Source: Thermomicrobiales bacterium | Lineage (GTDB): Bacteria; Chloroflexota; Chloroflexia; Thermomicrobiales; UBA6265 | Assembly (NCBI GenBank): GCA_050696075.1 | Contig: JBOGUF010000149.1 | Span: 10,507-74,506 of the forward strand | Reading direction: 5' to 3' | DNA: 64,000 nucleotides | Part shown: in pieces, positions 42,254-51,574 of the stretch | Layout of the letters: every line of letters begins with the position of its first letter | How positions within the stretch are numbered: position 1 is the first letter of the stretch | Translations under genes and position numbers: made by a program | The notes under the pieces: generated by a model | What the model was told of the DNA's origin: nothing | Seen by the model: only the letters and a program-made list of their open reading frames with translations | The model's database searches: none

Positions 42254-45200
42254 ATGGTGGCGCCGTTCGATGCGCCGGTCGTCTGCCCGATCCTCGTCGG
42301 GCGCGCACTGCACCTGGCCTCGCTTCAGCGCTGCATCAATCAGGTGCTGGGCGGGCAGGGCAAGCTCGTGCTCGTCGGGGGCGAGGCGGGCATCGGCAAG
42401 TCGCGGTTGGTGACCGAGGCGAGAACGCTTGCCGAAGGGCAAGGGATGCTCGGCTTGCAGGGACATGCCTTCGAGCCGGACCGCGCGGTGCCCTATGCGC
42501 CGCTGCTCGACCTGTTGCGGACCTTCGTCGCTTCCCTGGCGCCGGAGGAGGTACCACGGCAGCTTGGTCCGTCCGGTCCCGAGTTGACGAAGTTGGTCCC
42601 TGAGCTGTGCGGGTTGTTGCCCGCCGCGCGGCCGATGCCCGCGCTCGATCCCGCGCACGAGAAGCGTCGCCTTTTTCACGCGCTCGGGCAATTTCTTAGC
42701 CACCAGGCCGAAACGCGGCCGGTGCTGGTCGTCGTCGAAGACGTGCATTGGACCGACGACACGAGCCTGGAATGGTTGCGCTACCTGGCGGGGCGGATCG
42801 CCACGCGGCCGATACTCATCCTCCTGACCTTCCGCAACGACGAGGTGGGGGAGAGCCTGGCCCACACGCTGGCGGAACTGGACCGAGTGCGGGCCGTGGC
42901 CGAGCTGCGCTTGACGCGGTTATCTGCCGCCGACGCCCGCGCGATGGTCGACGCGATCGTTGCGGGACAGCGCCGGTTTCCCGGCGCCCTGATCAACGAG
43001 ATCTACGCTCTGACTGACGGCAACCCGTTCTTCATCGAAGAAGTCTTGCGCTCGGTGATTGCCGCGCGGTCAGACGACGGTGGCGGGGCAACGGCCGCGA
43101 TCGGTGGGCTGCCGATCCCCCGCGGCGTCGAGGATGCGATCCAACGGCGGGCGGCACAACTCAGCGAGGACGCCCGCCGGACCTTGACGCTGGCGGCCGT
43201 GACCGGGCGGCGCTTCGACTTCACGCTCTTGCAGGCGCTGACCCGGTGTGGCGCAGCCGACCTCCTGCGGCAGATCAAGGAACTGATCGCGGCGCAACTG
43301 GTGGTCGAGGAGTCGGACGAGCGGTTCGCCTTCCGCCACGCGCTGACGCGGCAAGCGATCGACGCCGGTCTCCTGGCGCGGGAGCGCCACGCGTTGCACC
43401 GGGAGGTGGCGGAGACGATCGAGCGAACCTACGCGGGCGCGCTCGATGAGTACGTCGCTGATCTGGCGCAGCACTTCTTCGAGGCGGGGGTGTGGGCGAA
43501 GGCGTTGGAGTACGCGCGGCGTGCCGGGGAAAACGCGCTCGGTTTGCATGCGCCGCGTGCTGCGGTCGAACACCTGACGCGCGCGCTGGAGGCAGAGACG
43601 CGGTTGGGACTGCCCGCAAGAGCGCGGACGCGGCGAGATCGCGGGCGAGCCTACGAGACGCTTGGCGACTTTGAGCGGGCACGCGCCGACGACGAGGCGG
43701 CGCTGGAGATTGCGCTAACGGCGGGCGATCGACGGGAGGAGTGGCAGGCGCTTCTGGCACTGGGGATGTTGTGGGCGGGCCGTGACTACGCGCGGACCGG
43801 CGGCTATTGGCGGCGCGCCCTGGACGTGGCGCGGGAGATGGGCGATGCCTCCGCGATTGCCCACAGCCTGAATCGGGTGGGCAATTGGCACACGAACATC
43901 GAAGAACCGCACGCCGCGCGGGCGTACCATCAGGAAGCACTCGCCATCTTTGAAACGGCCAACGACCGGCGCGGCATCGCCGAGACGTTGGATTTCCTGG
44001 GCATGGCGAGCTACCTCGGCGGCGACGTGCTCCCTGCCGCGCGCTACTACGAACGCGCCGTCGATCTGTTCGGCGAGTTGGACGACCGGCAAGGCGTGGT
44101 TTCCGGCCTGGCAATGATGACGATCGGGAGCGGAGACATCGCGGCCTATACCAAACCTTCACCCATCACGACCTTCGCCGAGCGGGCGCGGGCCGGCGAG
44201 CTGGGCGAGTTGGCGGTAGCGATCACGCGTGAAATCGACTGGCGTTCCGGCGAAGCGTATGCCTGTTTCACCACGGCGATCTGCGCCAGCGCGAAAGGGG
44301 AGTACGCGTTGGCGTTGCCGCGCGCTCACGAGGCCCTGGCCATTGCGCGGGAGATCGAGCACCGGCAGTGGACGACGTCGTCGCAAATCGGTCTGGGCAT
44401 CCTCTTTCTTGATTTGCTGGACTTGGCGCAGGCTCAGCGCCACCTAGAGCAGGCCGTGGCGCTGGCGAACGCCATCGGGTCGCTGTACTGGGTTCGTATG
44501 GGCTCGGGGTTTCTTGCCTCGACGCTCGTTGCGCGGCGTGATCTCGCGCGGGCGGAATCCGTCCTGCAGACAGCCCTCGGACCCGATGACCCGGCGCAGA
44601 CCCTGGCGCAACGACGGGTCTGGTATGCACGCGGTGAGCTTGCCCTTGCCCGCGGCGACGCGGACCTCGCCTTGCGGATCGTCGACCAATTGGTCGCGAC
44701 CGCCGATGACGGCGAGGACAGCAACGCGAGGAGTGTTCCCCATCTTGGACGGCCGCGGGGGGCGGCGCTGGCCGCGCTGGGGCGACCGGCGGAGGCGGAA
44801 GCCGCGTTCCAGGCGGCGCGCGTTGGGGCGGAAGCCCGCGGGGCACGGCCGCTGCTGTGGCGTGTCCACCTCGCCCTTGGCGATCTGTTCGAGACCCAGA
44901 CTCGCGGAGACGCCGCCGCGCGCGAGTTCGCGGCTGCCCGCGCCATCATCGAGGCGCTGGCCGTCGATATACCCGATGACGCCGTGCGGGCAACGTTTCT
45001 GCGGGGCGCGGCCGAGCTTCATCCACGGCTGAGGCCGCTCTCGCCGCACCAAGCCGCGAAGCGGGCGTTCGGTGGGCTGACCGAGCGCGAACGGGACGTG
45101 GCCGCTCTGATCGCGCGAGGCAAGTCGAACCGGGAGATCGCGGCGGACTTGTTCGTCAGCGAGCGGACCGTGGCCACCCACGTCGGCAATATCCTCGCCA

Positions 45201-45271
45201 AGTTAGGGCACTCCTCGCGGACCCAGGTTGCGCTCTGGGCGCAGGCAAAGGGGCTAACGGACCCAGAGTGA
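42254..45271 (+). CDS. large LuxR-family regulator (LAL/MalT-like: AAA ATPase + TPR + LuxR HTH)
   Basis: Walker A GGEAGIGKSRL, TPR repeats, and the C-terminal HTH LTERERDVAALIARGKSNREIAADLFVSERTVATHVGNILAKLG. Start set at the ATG at 42254 (GAGGTG RBS). The track start at 42125 lies in the asd-tail copy. Confidence 0.88.
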   Translation: MVAPFDAPVVCPILVGRALHLASLQRCINQVLGGQGKLVLVGGEAGIGKSRLVTEARTLAEGQGMLGLQGHAFEPDRAVPYAPLLDLLRTFVASLAPEEVPRQLGPSGPELTKLVPELCGLLPAARPMPALDPAHEKRRLFHALGQFLSHQAETRPVLVVVEDVHWTDDTSLEWLRYLAGRIATRPILILLTFRNDEVGESLAHTLAELDRVRAVAELRLTRLSAADARAMVDAIVAGQRRFPGALINEIYALTDGNPFFIEEVLRSVIAARSDDGGGATAAIGGLPIPRGVEDAIQRRAAQLSEDARRTLTLAAVTGRRFDFTLLQALTRCGAADLLRQIKELIAAQLVVEESDERFAFRHALTRQAIDAGLLARERHALHREVAETIERTYAGALDEYVADLAQHFFEAGVWAKALEYARRAGENALGLHAPRAAVEHLTRALEAETRLGLPARARTRRDRGRAYETLGDFERARADDEAALEIALTAGDRREEWQALLALGMLWAGRDYARTGGYWRRALDVAREMGDASAIAHSLNRVGNWHTNIEEPHAARAYHQEALAIFETANDRRGIAETLDFLGMASYLGGDVLPAARYYERAVDLFGELDDRQGVVSGLAMMTIGSGDIAAYTKPSPITTFAERARAGELGELAVAITREIDWRSGEAYACFTTAICASAKGEYALALPRAHEALAIAREIEHRQWTTSSQIGLGILFLDLLDLAQAQRHLEQAVALANAIGSLYWVRMGSGFLASTLVARRDLARAESVLQTALGPDDPAQTLAQRRVWYARGELALARGDADLALRIVDQLVATADDGEDSNARSVPHLGRPRGAALAALGRPAEAEAAFQAARVGAEARGARPLLWRVHLALGDLFETQTRGDAAAREFAAARAIIEALAVDIPDDAVRATFLRGAAELHPRLRPLSPHQAAKRAFGGLTERERDVAALIARGKSNREIAADLFVSERTVATHVGNILAKLGHSSRTQVALWAQAKGLTDPE

Positions 45272-45529
45272 TATCCCCGACATTTCGAACCGCCGCGAGG
45301 GATCGTCCCGTGCCTCTTACGTAGGCGAGATTCCTCTCTGCGATCGGAATGACGGAGTGGCGCTCTCCGCGTAGACCGGAATCTCCGTAACACCGTACCC
45401 ACCATCTCGTCATTTTTGCTGATCCCTCAGGACGACCACGCTTCTACTGTGGAAGGCGTCACCGTTGGCACGGCGGCCAGGCGCGGCGGAACGTTGGTCG
45501 GTGGGTGATGTGCGGAAAGGAGAGCGCCG

Positions 45530-45811
45530 ATGCCCAAGTTTCTGGTTGAGCGGAAGATCCCGAGTGCCGGGCGAATGAGTCTTGAGGAGTTGCGGGCCAC
45601 CGCCGCAACGTCGAACGACGTCGTCCATGACATGCAGCGGGACGGCACGCCGATCCAGTGGGTCCAGGGATTCGTCACGGACGACGCGATCTTCTGCGTC
45701 TATCTGGCGCCGGACGCGGAGGCGATTCGCGGCCACGCCAGCACCAGCGGGTTCCCGGCCGACCAGGTGATGGACGTGCGCGCCGTCATCGACCCGACGA
45801 CCGGGGAGTAG
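45530..45811 (+). CDS. DUF4242 domain-containing protein
   Basis: 93 aa. MPKFLVER...FCVYLAPDAEAIRGHASTSGFPADQV matches the DUF4242 pattern. GGAAAGGAG RBS. Confidence 0.7.
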   Translation: MPKFLVERKIPSAGRMSLEELRATAATSNDVVHDMQRDGTPIQWVQGFVTDDAIFCVYLAPDAEAIRGHASTSGFPADQVMDVRAVIDPTTGE

Positions 45812-45944
45812 TAGGTAGCAGAACCGATTTCTGAACAAAGGGGATCGCCATGCGACGCCCTACCGTTGCCCTCGAGACCGTCGTCCTCGGACGGATGGCT
45901 CGATGACGCACGCGGCACGCAATTGCAATGCAGGAGGAACTGCT

Positions 45945-47168
45945 GTGAATCATCGTCGCAGATTGACTCTCGCCGTCGTCGGCACGCTGGCATTGATACT
46001 GTTCGGACCGCTCTTTGCCGCGGCCCAAGATGCCACCCCGGATGCTTCCCAAGGCGGAGTGACGGTGGTAGCGAGCGGGCTGACCAATCCACGGGGTTTT
46101 GTGTGGGACGAGGACGGCACGATGTACCTCGCCCTGGCTGGTACCGGCCTTGATACCTCGGCCATGCCGGCGGGCACTGGTTCTCCCGCGGCAGAAAGCG
46201 AGGATGCCGGGGCCGGGACCGGCTCGCCGGTCGTCGAGGGCGTCGGCGAGGGCGGGACGACCGCCAGCCTGACCGCCGGGGTGATCACCATCGTCGACGG
46301 CTGCGCCATGCCGGTGGTGGAGGGTTGGCCCTCGGGCGGGCTGCCGGAGTTGGGGTGGGTGCTGGGCGTCTCCGACCTGGCGTTCCTGGACGGCCAACTC
46401 TATGCCCTGGTGGACCTGCACGGGGCCGGTCCGGTCGCGTCGCACGAGGAGGAGGTGCCGAACGGCGTCTACCGGGTCGAGGACGACGGCACGATGACGC
46501 TGGCGGCCGACATCTCCGCCTGGATCCAGGCCAACCCGGTCGCGGAGCCGCACGAGCCGCTCAGCCCGTATGGCGAGCCGTTCGCGATGATCGCCGGGGA
46601 CGGCATGCTCTGGATTGCCGAGGCAAACCATCAGCAGGTGCTGACCGTGACGCCGGACGGCACGATCGCCCGCGTGGCCGATCTCTCGGTGCTGGGCAAC
46701 GCGGCGCCGGACGCGCTGGCGCCGGCGCCGGGCGGCGGGGTCTACGTCGGGCTGCTGACGGCGCTGCCGTTTACCGATGGCACGGCGAAGGTGATCGAGG
46801 TGGCGCCCGATGGGACCGTCTCCGACATCTGGACCGGGTTGACGGCGGTGACGTCGATCGCGGTGGCGGACGACGGGACGCTCTACGCGCTGGAGATGGC
46901 GACGGGCAACAGCCCCGATCCGCCGTTCTATGCGCCCGGCACCGGGAAGGTCGTGCGCCAGACCGGGCTGGACAGCGCCGAGGAGGTCGTGAGCGGGCTG
47001 ACCTTCCCGGTCAAGATGAAGTTCGGGCCGGATGGCGGGCTCTACGTCGGTTCCCCCGCCGTCGGCGCGAACAGCGGCGAGGGGATGATTGTGCGGATCG
47101 ACGTGTCGTCGGCCAACGTGATCGCGATGGCGGATCAGGCCGCGACTGAGGATTCCTGCACGTCGTAA
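45945..47168 (+). CDS. ScyD/ScyE-family beta-propeller-like secreted protein
   Basis: GTG start after GGAGGA, followed by a signal peptide. GLTNPRGFVWDEDGTMYLA is typical of the ScyD/ScyE family. Confidence 0.7.
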   Translation: MNHRRRLTLAVVGTLALILFGPLFAAAQDATPDASQGGVTVVASGLTNPRGFVWDEDGTMYLALAGTGLDTSAMPAGTGSPAAESEDAGAGTGSPVVEGVGEGGTTASLTAGVITIVDGCAMPVVEGWPSGGLPELGWVLGVSDLAFLDGQLYALVDLHGAGPVASHEEEVPNGVYRVEDDGTMTLAADISAWIQANPVAEPHEPLSPYGEPFAMIAGDGMLWIAEANHQQVLTVTPDGTIARVADLSVLGNAAPDALAPAPGGGVYVGLLTALPFTDGTAKVIEVAPDGTVSDIWTGLTAVTSIAVADDGTLYALEMATGNSPDPPFYAPGTGKVVRQTGLDSAEEVVSGLTFPVKMKFGPDGGLYVGSPAVGANSGEGMIVRIDVSSANVIAMADQAATEDSCTS

Positions 47169-47376
47169 CGGCTTCTCCCGCGCTTCCGAGGTCGGGCCGC
47201 GGCACGGCCGCGTCGTCGGGCAAACGGTGATTGAGCGCAGCCACTGACGGCGGAGATTGACCACGGGCACGGCACCTCCGGCATGCGGTACGACACCGGC
47301 ATGTCGGAGGTGAAGCATCCAACCCGTTGAAGAACTCGCGGTCCGCGCGGACCGTCGAGCAGAGGAGGCTCTTGCC

Positions 47377-48549
47377 ATGTGTGAGACGGCTTCGAATCCG
47401 GCTGATGCCGGCGCCGTAGCGAAGATCCTCTCGTCGAAAGGTGCGGCGGCCTCTCGTTTCAGCGATTCAGAACGGGGCGCGATTGCGGCGCACCATCGGG
47501 CGCTCGCCGACAGGCGATGGACCGAGAGCCTGCATGCACGCAGCGAGGCCCTACATCATCATGCGCTGCTGCACGCCGTCCAGGACCAGGAAGTCGGGTC
47601 ACTTCGCAACGCCGTAACGTGGGGGCCTGTGTCATCACAGATCGTTGAGCAAGCGAGACCGCGGAACGCCAGAACCTCCGGCATTGGGCAATCGCCGATT
47701 GGATGCGACGCACATCGCACCTCTCCCCCTTATGCACTTGGCGACCCGCTGCAGGAAGACGTGGGGGTCGGTGCAACGGTGTTGGTGTCGGACGATCCCG
47801 TGGCCCCGGTGTTTGCGGGAGTGGTGCCGGATCTCAACAACCTGAAGACGTTCTCTCAGCTCGCATTGCCCAACGACGGCAAGCTCTCCTTGGGCGTCGG
47901 TCTCGGGAAAGTCCGCGTTGGTGCGAACGTCTACACGCTGCATCCACCCGCTATGGAGTTCCCACAGACCTTCCCAATACGAGGCGGGCTATTGGAGGTG
48001 ACTAACGCCAAAGCTAGCCTGGGCTACCACCTCGCTGTCCTGCCTGGTGCTCCGCTCCAGGTCGAGAAGCTGCTGAAGGTGGCAGTGGACATCATCGTCG
48101 GTGAGCAATCTCGACCATTTTACCTCGTCAATCCACCGGCGATGGGTCCGCCGATTCTGCAAGCGTTCGGCGTTGCCCATCTCGTTGTCTCCAGCTCGGA
48201 CGGGGGAGTAGCCGAAGACGACGTGGTCTTCCTTGAGCACAGGGAGGGAGCCTTCCAGATTTTCGGTACGCCGACCGTCATGCGCGAATTCAGCATCGCT
48301 CAGACGCTCACCCTGCTGCCGGGGACACGCTGGGTATACGTGGGGATCGAGGTGCGTCTAGAAGTACACCGGTGGTTTATTCTGCCGCCACCCCCAGATG
48401 TCGAAGACAGAGAGGGCTTCGTCATGATTGACCTGCGATCGCCCGCGCACAATACGCAGCCCATCCACCATCTCCTCGCACCTGGTGGCTCTGTGAACGT
48501 GCCACATATTGGCATGACGATCTGCCGTCCCGATGAGGTCTTCGCGTAG
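47377..48549 (+). CDS. hypothetical protein (orphan; extent uncertain)
   Basis: 390-codon open frame in an AT-richer segment. About 70 percent GC at third positions in the stretch I checked, which favours this strand. Opposite-strand ORFs are short and in mixed frames. Confidence 0.4.
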   Translation: MCETASNPADAGAVAKILSSKGAAASRFSDSERGAIAAHHRALADRRWTESLHARSEALHHHALLHAVQDQEVGSLRNAVTWGPVSSQIVEQARPRNARTSGIGQSPIGCDAHRTSPPYALGDPLQEDVGVGATVLVSDDPVAPVFAGVVPDLNNLKTFSQLALPNDGKLSLGVGLGKVRVGANVYTLHPPAMEFPQTFPIRGGLLEVTNAKASLGYHLAVLPGAPLQVEKLLKVAVDIIVGEQSRPFYLVNPPAMGPPILQAFGVAHLVVSSSDGGVAEDDVVFLEHREGAFQIFGTPTVMREFSIAQTLTLLPGTRWVYVGIEVRLEVHRWFILPPPPDVEDREGFVMIDLRSPAHNTQPIHHLLAPGGSVNVPHIGMTICRPDEVFA

Positions 48550-48630
48550 CGCGGGGCAGGGTGCGGAGAGCAGCAGGCGCCGCTGCTCTCCGCTCGTCTT
48601 GCCGATCAGAAGGCGGCCCTCTCGCTCCCC

Positions 48631-48690
48631 AAACCGGTAGCAGCCCTTCGACATGGTATTGTGGCCGAGGAGGACGTACTCGATGTCGAT
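48631..48690 (-). pseudogene. copy of the asd 3-prime end with internal ~46-nt deletion
   Basis: aaaccggtagcagcccttcgac matches the asd terminus. It is directly joined to atggtattgtggccgaggaggacgtactcgat, which matches asd 50558-50590 (VLLGHNT). Confidence 0.75.
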
Positions 48691-48760
48691 CGTACAACAT
48701 TGTACAATCGGTGCATTGCTGAACGAACGTATTGTCGTGCCCATGGTAAGGACGAGAGCG

Positions 48761-49078
48761 ATGAGCGAACGAAGCCCTGTAACACAGACGATGAAGGCGT
48801 CCGACGCGCGGCAGCAGTTCAGCGACGTCATCAATCGTGTGTATCGCAACCAGTCGCGCATCCTGATTGAACGTAGCGGCATCCCAGTCGCGGCGATCGT
48901 TCCCGCCGATGACCTGGCACGCTTGGATCGGCTGGAGCGGGAGCGGGCCGAGCGCTTCGCCGGCCTGAGGCGGATCAGCGACGCCTTCGCCGACGTGCCG
49001 GTTGACGAACTGGAACGCGAGGTTGAGCGAGCCGTCGTGGCCCGCCGGGAGCGGGCGCAGGCCGCTGCTGAAGCGTGA
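48761..49078 (+). CDS. Phd/YefM family antitoxin
   Basis: MKASDARQQFSDVINRVYRNQSRILIERSGIPVAAIVPADDLARL is a typical Phd/YefM N-domain. Start is uncertain (48761 or 48791). GTGA overlap with the PIN gene. Confidence 0.78.
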   Translation: MSERSPVTQTMKASDARQQFSDVINRVYRNQSRILIERSGIPVAAIVPADDLARLDRLERERAERFAGLRRISDAFADVPVDELEREVERAVVARRERAQAAAEA

Positions 49079-49515
49079 TTCGCGCGGTCCTCGACATCAA
49101 CGTCCTCCTCTCCGGCATCGTCGGCGTGGAGCGGGGGAGGAGTACCCCGGGTGGGCTCATGCGCGCCTGGCGGGCGCAACGCTTCGAACTCGTCACCTCG
49201 GAGCACATCCGAAGCAGTGTCCAGCGCAACCTGACCGAGGATCCATACTTTTCCCGGCGCCTCCCACCCGAGGAGGTAGCGGCCAATATTGTCTCCTTGG
49301 CCGTCGACGTGACACACGCCATCATTTCCGTCCAGGTGGTTGGGGTTGCAACCCACTCGGAAGACGACTTGGTGCTCTCCGCCGCCGCTAGCGCCGGCAT
49401 CGACTACCTCGTGACCGGCGATCACGGGCTACAAGGCGTCGGATCCTACCAAGGGGTGAAGATCGTCAACCCTCGCGCGTTCCTGGATGTCCTGACAGCG
49501 GAAGTAGCGCCATAA
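49075..49515 (+). CDS. PIN-domain toxin (TIGR00305-like)
   Basis: 146 aa. AVLDINVLLSG and DYLVTGD motifs. Confidence 0.82.
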   Translation: MIRAVLDINVLLSGIVGVERGRSTPGGLMRAWRAQRFELVTSEHIRSSVQRNLTEDPYFSRRLPPEEVAANIVSLAVDVTHAIISVQVVGVATHSEDDLVLSAAASAGIDYLVTGDHGLQGVGSYQGVKIVNPRAFLDVLTAEVAP

Positions 49516-49658
49516 GCCGCTCCGCCCCACGCCGCGAGTCAGCCGACGATCGGGTTGCGGCCAGGTACCGTAATGACGCCGGTAAAACGTCGTCTTAGCT
49601 CGGAACAAGCCACAAGTCCTTTGATTTGACCAGGGCAGGCACGGGAACTTGATGGTCC

Positions 49659-49718
49659 TTACACCGGCAAGAGCCCTTCGACCTTGAAGCGTTCGGCGTT
49701 GAGGATCGACGCCCCGCG
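49659..49718 (-). pseudogene. copy of the asd 3-prime end (fragment)
   Basis: Reverse translation gives RGASILNAERFKVEGLLPV* with its own TAA stop. Confidence 0.8.
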
Positions 49719-49780
49719 AACTGGGATGGATTTGGACGCCTTCGTGCTAATCTATCCATTGGCACCAGTTGGAGGAGCGC

Positions 49781-50113
49781 ATGAGGGCAACAGCGGCATA
49801 CAGTGCAACGGACTATCTGTTTCGCGACGAGGGAGCGGTCCGCGCCTATCTGGACGAGCATCCGGAGGTCATTCCGGCACTGGTCGAAGCCAGCCGACTG
49901 TTGCCGCACTCCTTTGGTATGAACGCTGCCATCGTGCTCGACGTATTGACCGATCCGGAGGAACCAGACGCTACGAACCTTTTTGCGCTCATACGGACCT
50001 CATTGGAGCCCAACGAGGCGCTCCCGTTGCTCGACGACTTCAACGAGCGTTGGTGGCGCCCCGTCTCCGCGACCTTCGACGCCGATGTCCATTTCGGCCT
50101 CGACTATGTCTGA
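49781..50113 (+). CDS. hypothetical protein, putative partner of the HEPN-like protein
   Basis: The ATG at 49781 follows GGAGGAG. 110 aa. 8-nt overlap with the downstream gene, consistent with a two-gene module. Confidence 0.6.
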   Translation: MRATAAYSATDYLFRDEGAVRAYLDEHPEVIPALVEASRLLPHSFGMNAAIVLDVLTDPEEPDATNLFALIRTSLEPNEALPLLDDFNERWWRPVSATFDADVHFGLDYV

Positions 50114-50501
50114 GCCGTTCGAATGGCGGCATCTCCTTGACCTTGCTCTGGAACTCGCACAGCACGCAGATGACGAGACTCGACTGCGAACGGCGGTCAG
50201 TCGCGCCTATGACGCCGCTTATTGCAGCGCGGCAGAATATGTGCTGGCGAATACGCCGAACCTGAAACGCACAGACCTCACACATGACGCTGTTTGGCAT
50301 GTGTTCCGGACTCCAAGCAACCGCGATCGCTGGACGATCTTCGACGACGGGATGAATCTCAAGCATCACCGTATCGACGCGGACTATTGGCGACCGATGC
50401 AGGCCCGTCGACCGGCATCGATTATGCGCGACGCGCTTTATCGATCCGCGCGGATCTTGAGATTGCTCGAAAGGCTGGAACCTGAGTCATCAGACCGGTA
50501 G
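50106..50501 (+). CDS. HEPN domain-like protein (putative toxin)
   Basis: 131 aa. SRAYDAAYCSAAEYVLAN..THDAVWHVF and NLKHHRIDADY resemble the HEPN (PF05168-type) helices and R..ADY motif. Its 3-prime end overlaps the convergent asd stop by 12 nt. Confidence 0.6.
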   Translation: MSEPFEWRHLLDLALELAQHADDETRLRTAVSRAYDAAYCSAAEYVLANTPNLKRTDLTHDAVWHVFRTPSNRDRWTIFDDGMNLKHHRIDADYWRPMQARRPASIMRDALYRSARILRLLERLEPESSDR

Positions 50502-51551
50502 CAGCCCCTCGACCCTGAAGAGTTCGGCGTTGAGGATGGAGGCGCCGGCGGCGCCGCGGATGGTGTTGTGGCCGAGGAGGACGTACTTGACGCCGAGGAT
50601 GGGGCAGGGGCGGACGCGGCCGACGACGGAGGCCATGCCGCGCTCCGCCTCACGGTCGAGGATCGGTTGGGGGCGGTTGCGCTCCTGACGGACGATGACC
50701 GGGCGCGCGGGGGCGCTGGGGAGACCGAGTTCCTGCGGCTTGCCGCGGAAGTTCTCGAAGGCCGCCACGACCTCCTCGGGCGAGGCGGGCTGCTTGAAAC
50801 GAACCGAGACCGCTTCGGTGTGGCCGTCGCGGACCGGGACGCGGTTGCAGGAGGCGCTGACGGTCACCGGGAGGAAGCTGAAGCCGCCGTCGGGTCCGGG
50901 GTAGGCGCCAAGCAGTTTTTGGGTCTCCTCGGCCATTTTCTCTTCTTCGCTGCTGATGAAGGGGACGACGTTGTCGATCATGTCGAGCGAGGGGACGCCG
51001 GGGTAGCCGGCGCCGGAGACGGCCTGCATCGTGGTGACCATCACCGCGTCGAGGCCGAAGGCGTCCTGGAGCGGTTTGAGGGTGAGGACCATGTGGATGG
51101 CGGAACAGTTCGGGTTGGTGGCGATGAAGCCGGACCAGCCGCGGTTGCGCTTTTGCAGCTCGATCGCCTGGACGTGGTCAGGGTTGACTTCGGGGATCAA
51201 GAGGGGGACGTCCGGCTCCATGCGGTGGGTCGAGGTGTTACTGAGGACGGCGTGCCCGTCTTTGGCCAGGCGCTGCTCGATTTCGCCGGCGACCTCGCCG
51301 GGGAGGGCGGAGAAGGCGATCGGGCTGTCGATCTGGTCGGCGTAGTCCTTGATGACCAAGTCGGCGGCGTCCGAGGGCATGAAAGCATCGAGCCGCCAGT
51401 CGGTCGCCTCGCGGTACGTCTTGCCGATCGAGCGTTCGGAAGCGACGAGTTCGGCCACCCGGAACCAAGGGTGGTTGTCAAGGAGTTGGACGAAACGCTG
51501 TCCAACGCTGCCTGTGGCGCCGAGCACGGCTACGGGAATGCGGTCTGCCAT
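50490..51551 (-). CDS. asd: aspartate-semialdehyde dehydrogenase
   Basis: 353 aa. VAVLGATGSVGQRF NAD(P) motif, active-site region NPNCSAI, and C-terminal LLGHNTIRGAAG. Confidence 0.93.
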   Translation of the reverse strand: MADRIPVAVLGATGSVGQRFVQLLDNHPWFRVAELVASERSIGKTYREATDWRLDAFMPSDAADLVIKDYADQIDSPIAFSALPGEVAGEIEQRLAKDGHAVLSNTSTHRMEPDVPLLIPEVNPDHVQAIELQKRNRGWSGFIATNPNCSAIHMVLTLKPLQDAFGLDAVMVTTMQAVSGAGYPGVPSLDMIDNVVPFISSEEEKMAEETQKLLGAYPGPDGGFSFLPVTVSASCNRVPVRDGHTEAVSVRFKQPASPEEVVAAFENFRGKPQELGLPSAPARPVIVRQERNRPQPILDREAERGMASVVGRVRPCPILGVKYVLLGHNTIRGAAGASILNAELFRVEGLLPV

Positions 51552-51574
51552 TGATTGCTCCTTTCGGTCGCAAC

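Noticed and set aside
45786-47378. 530-aa ORF on the minus strand
   Set aside because: Antisense to the ScyD/ScyE-like gene, with an Arg/His/Pro-rich composition and no motifs.
47989-48240. Weak HNH-like pattern (SPVRAGDNEMGNAERLQNRRTHRR) on the minus strand
   Set aside because: The Cys/His ligands are not in place. Neighbouring minus-strand ORFs are in different frames and read as nonsense. Third-position GC favours the plus-strand frame.
48358-49425. 355-aa minus-strand ORF
   Set aside because: A chimera of antisense Phd/PIN sequence, an asd-tail fragment (VLLGHNTM) and antisense of the 390-aa ORF. Not a gene.
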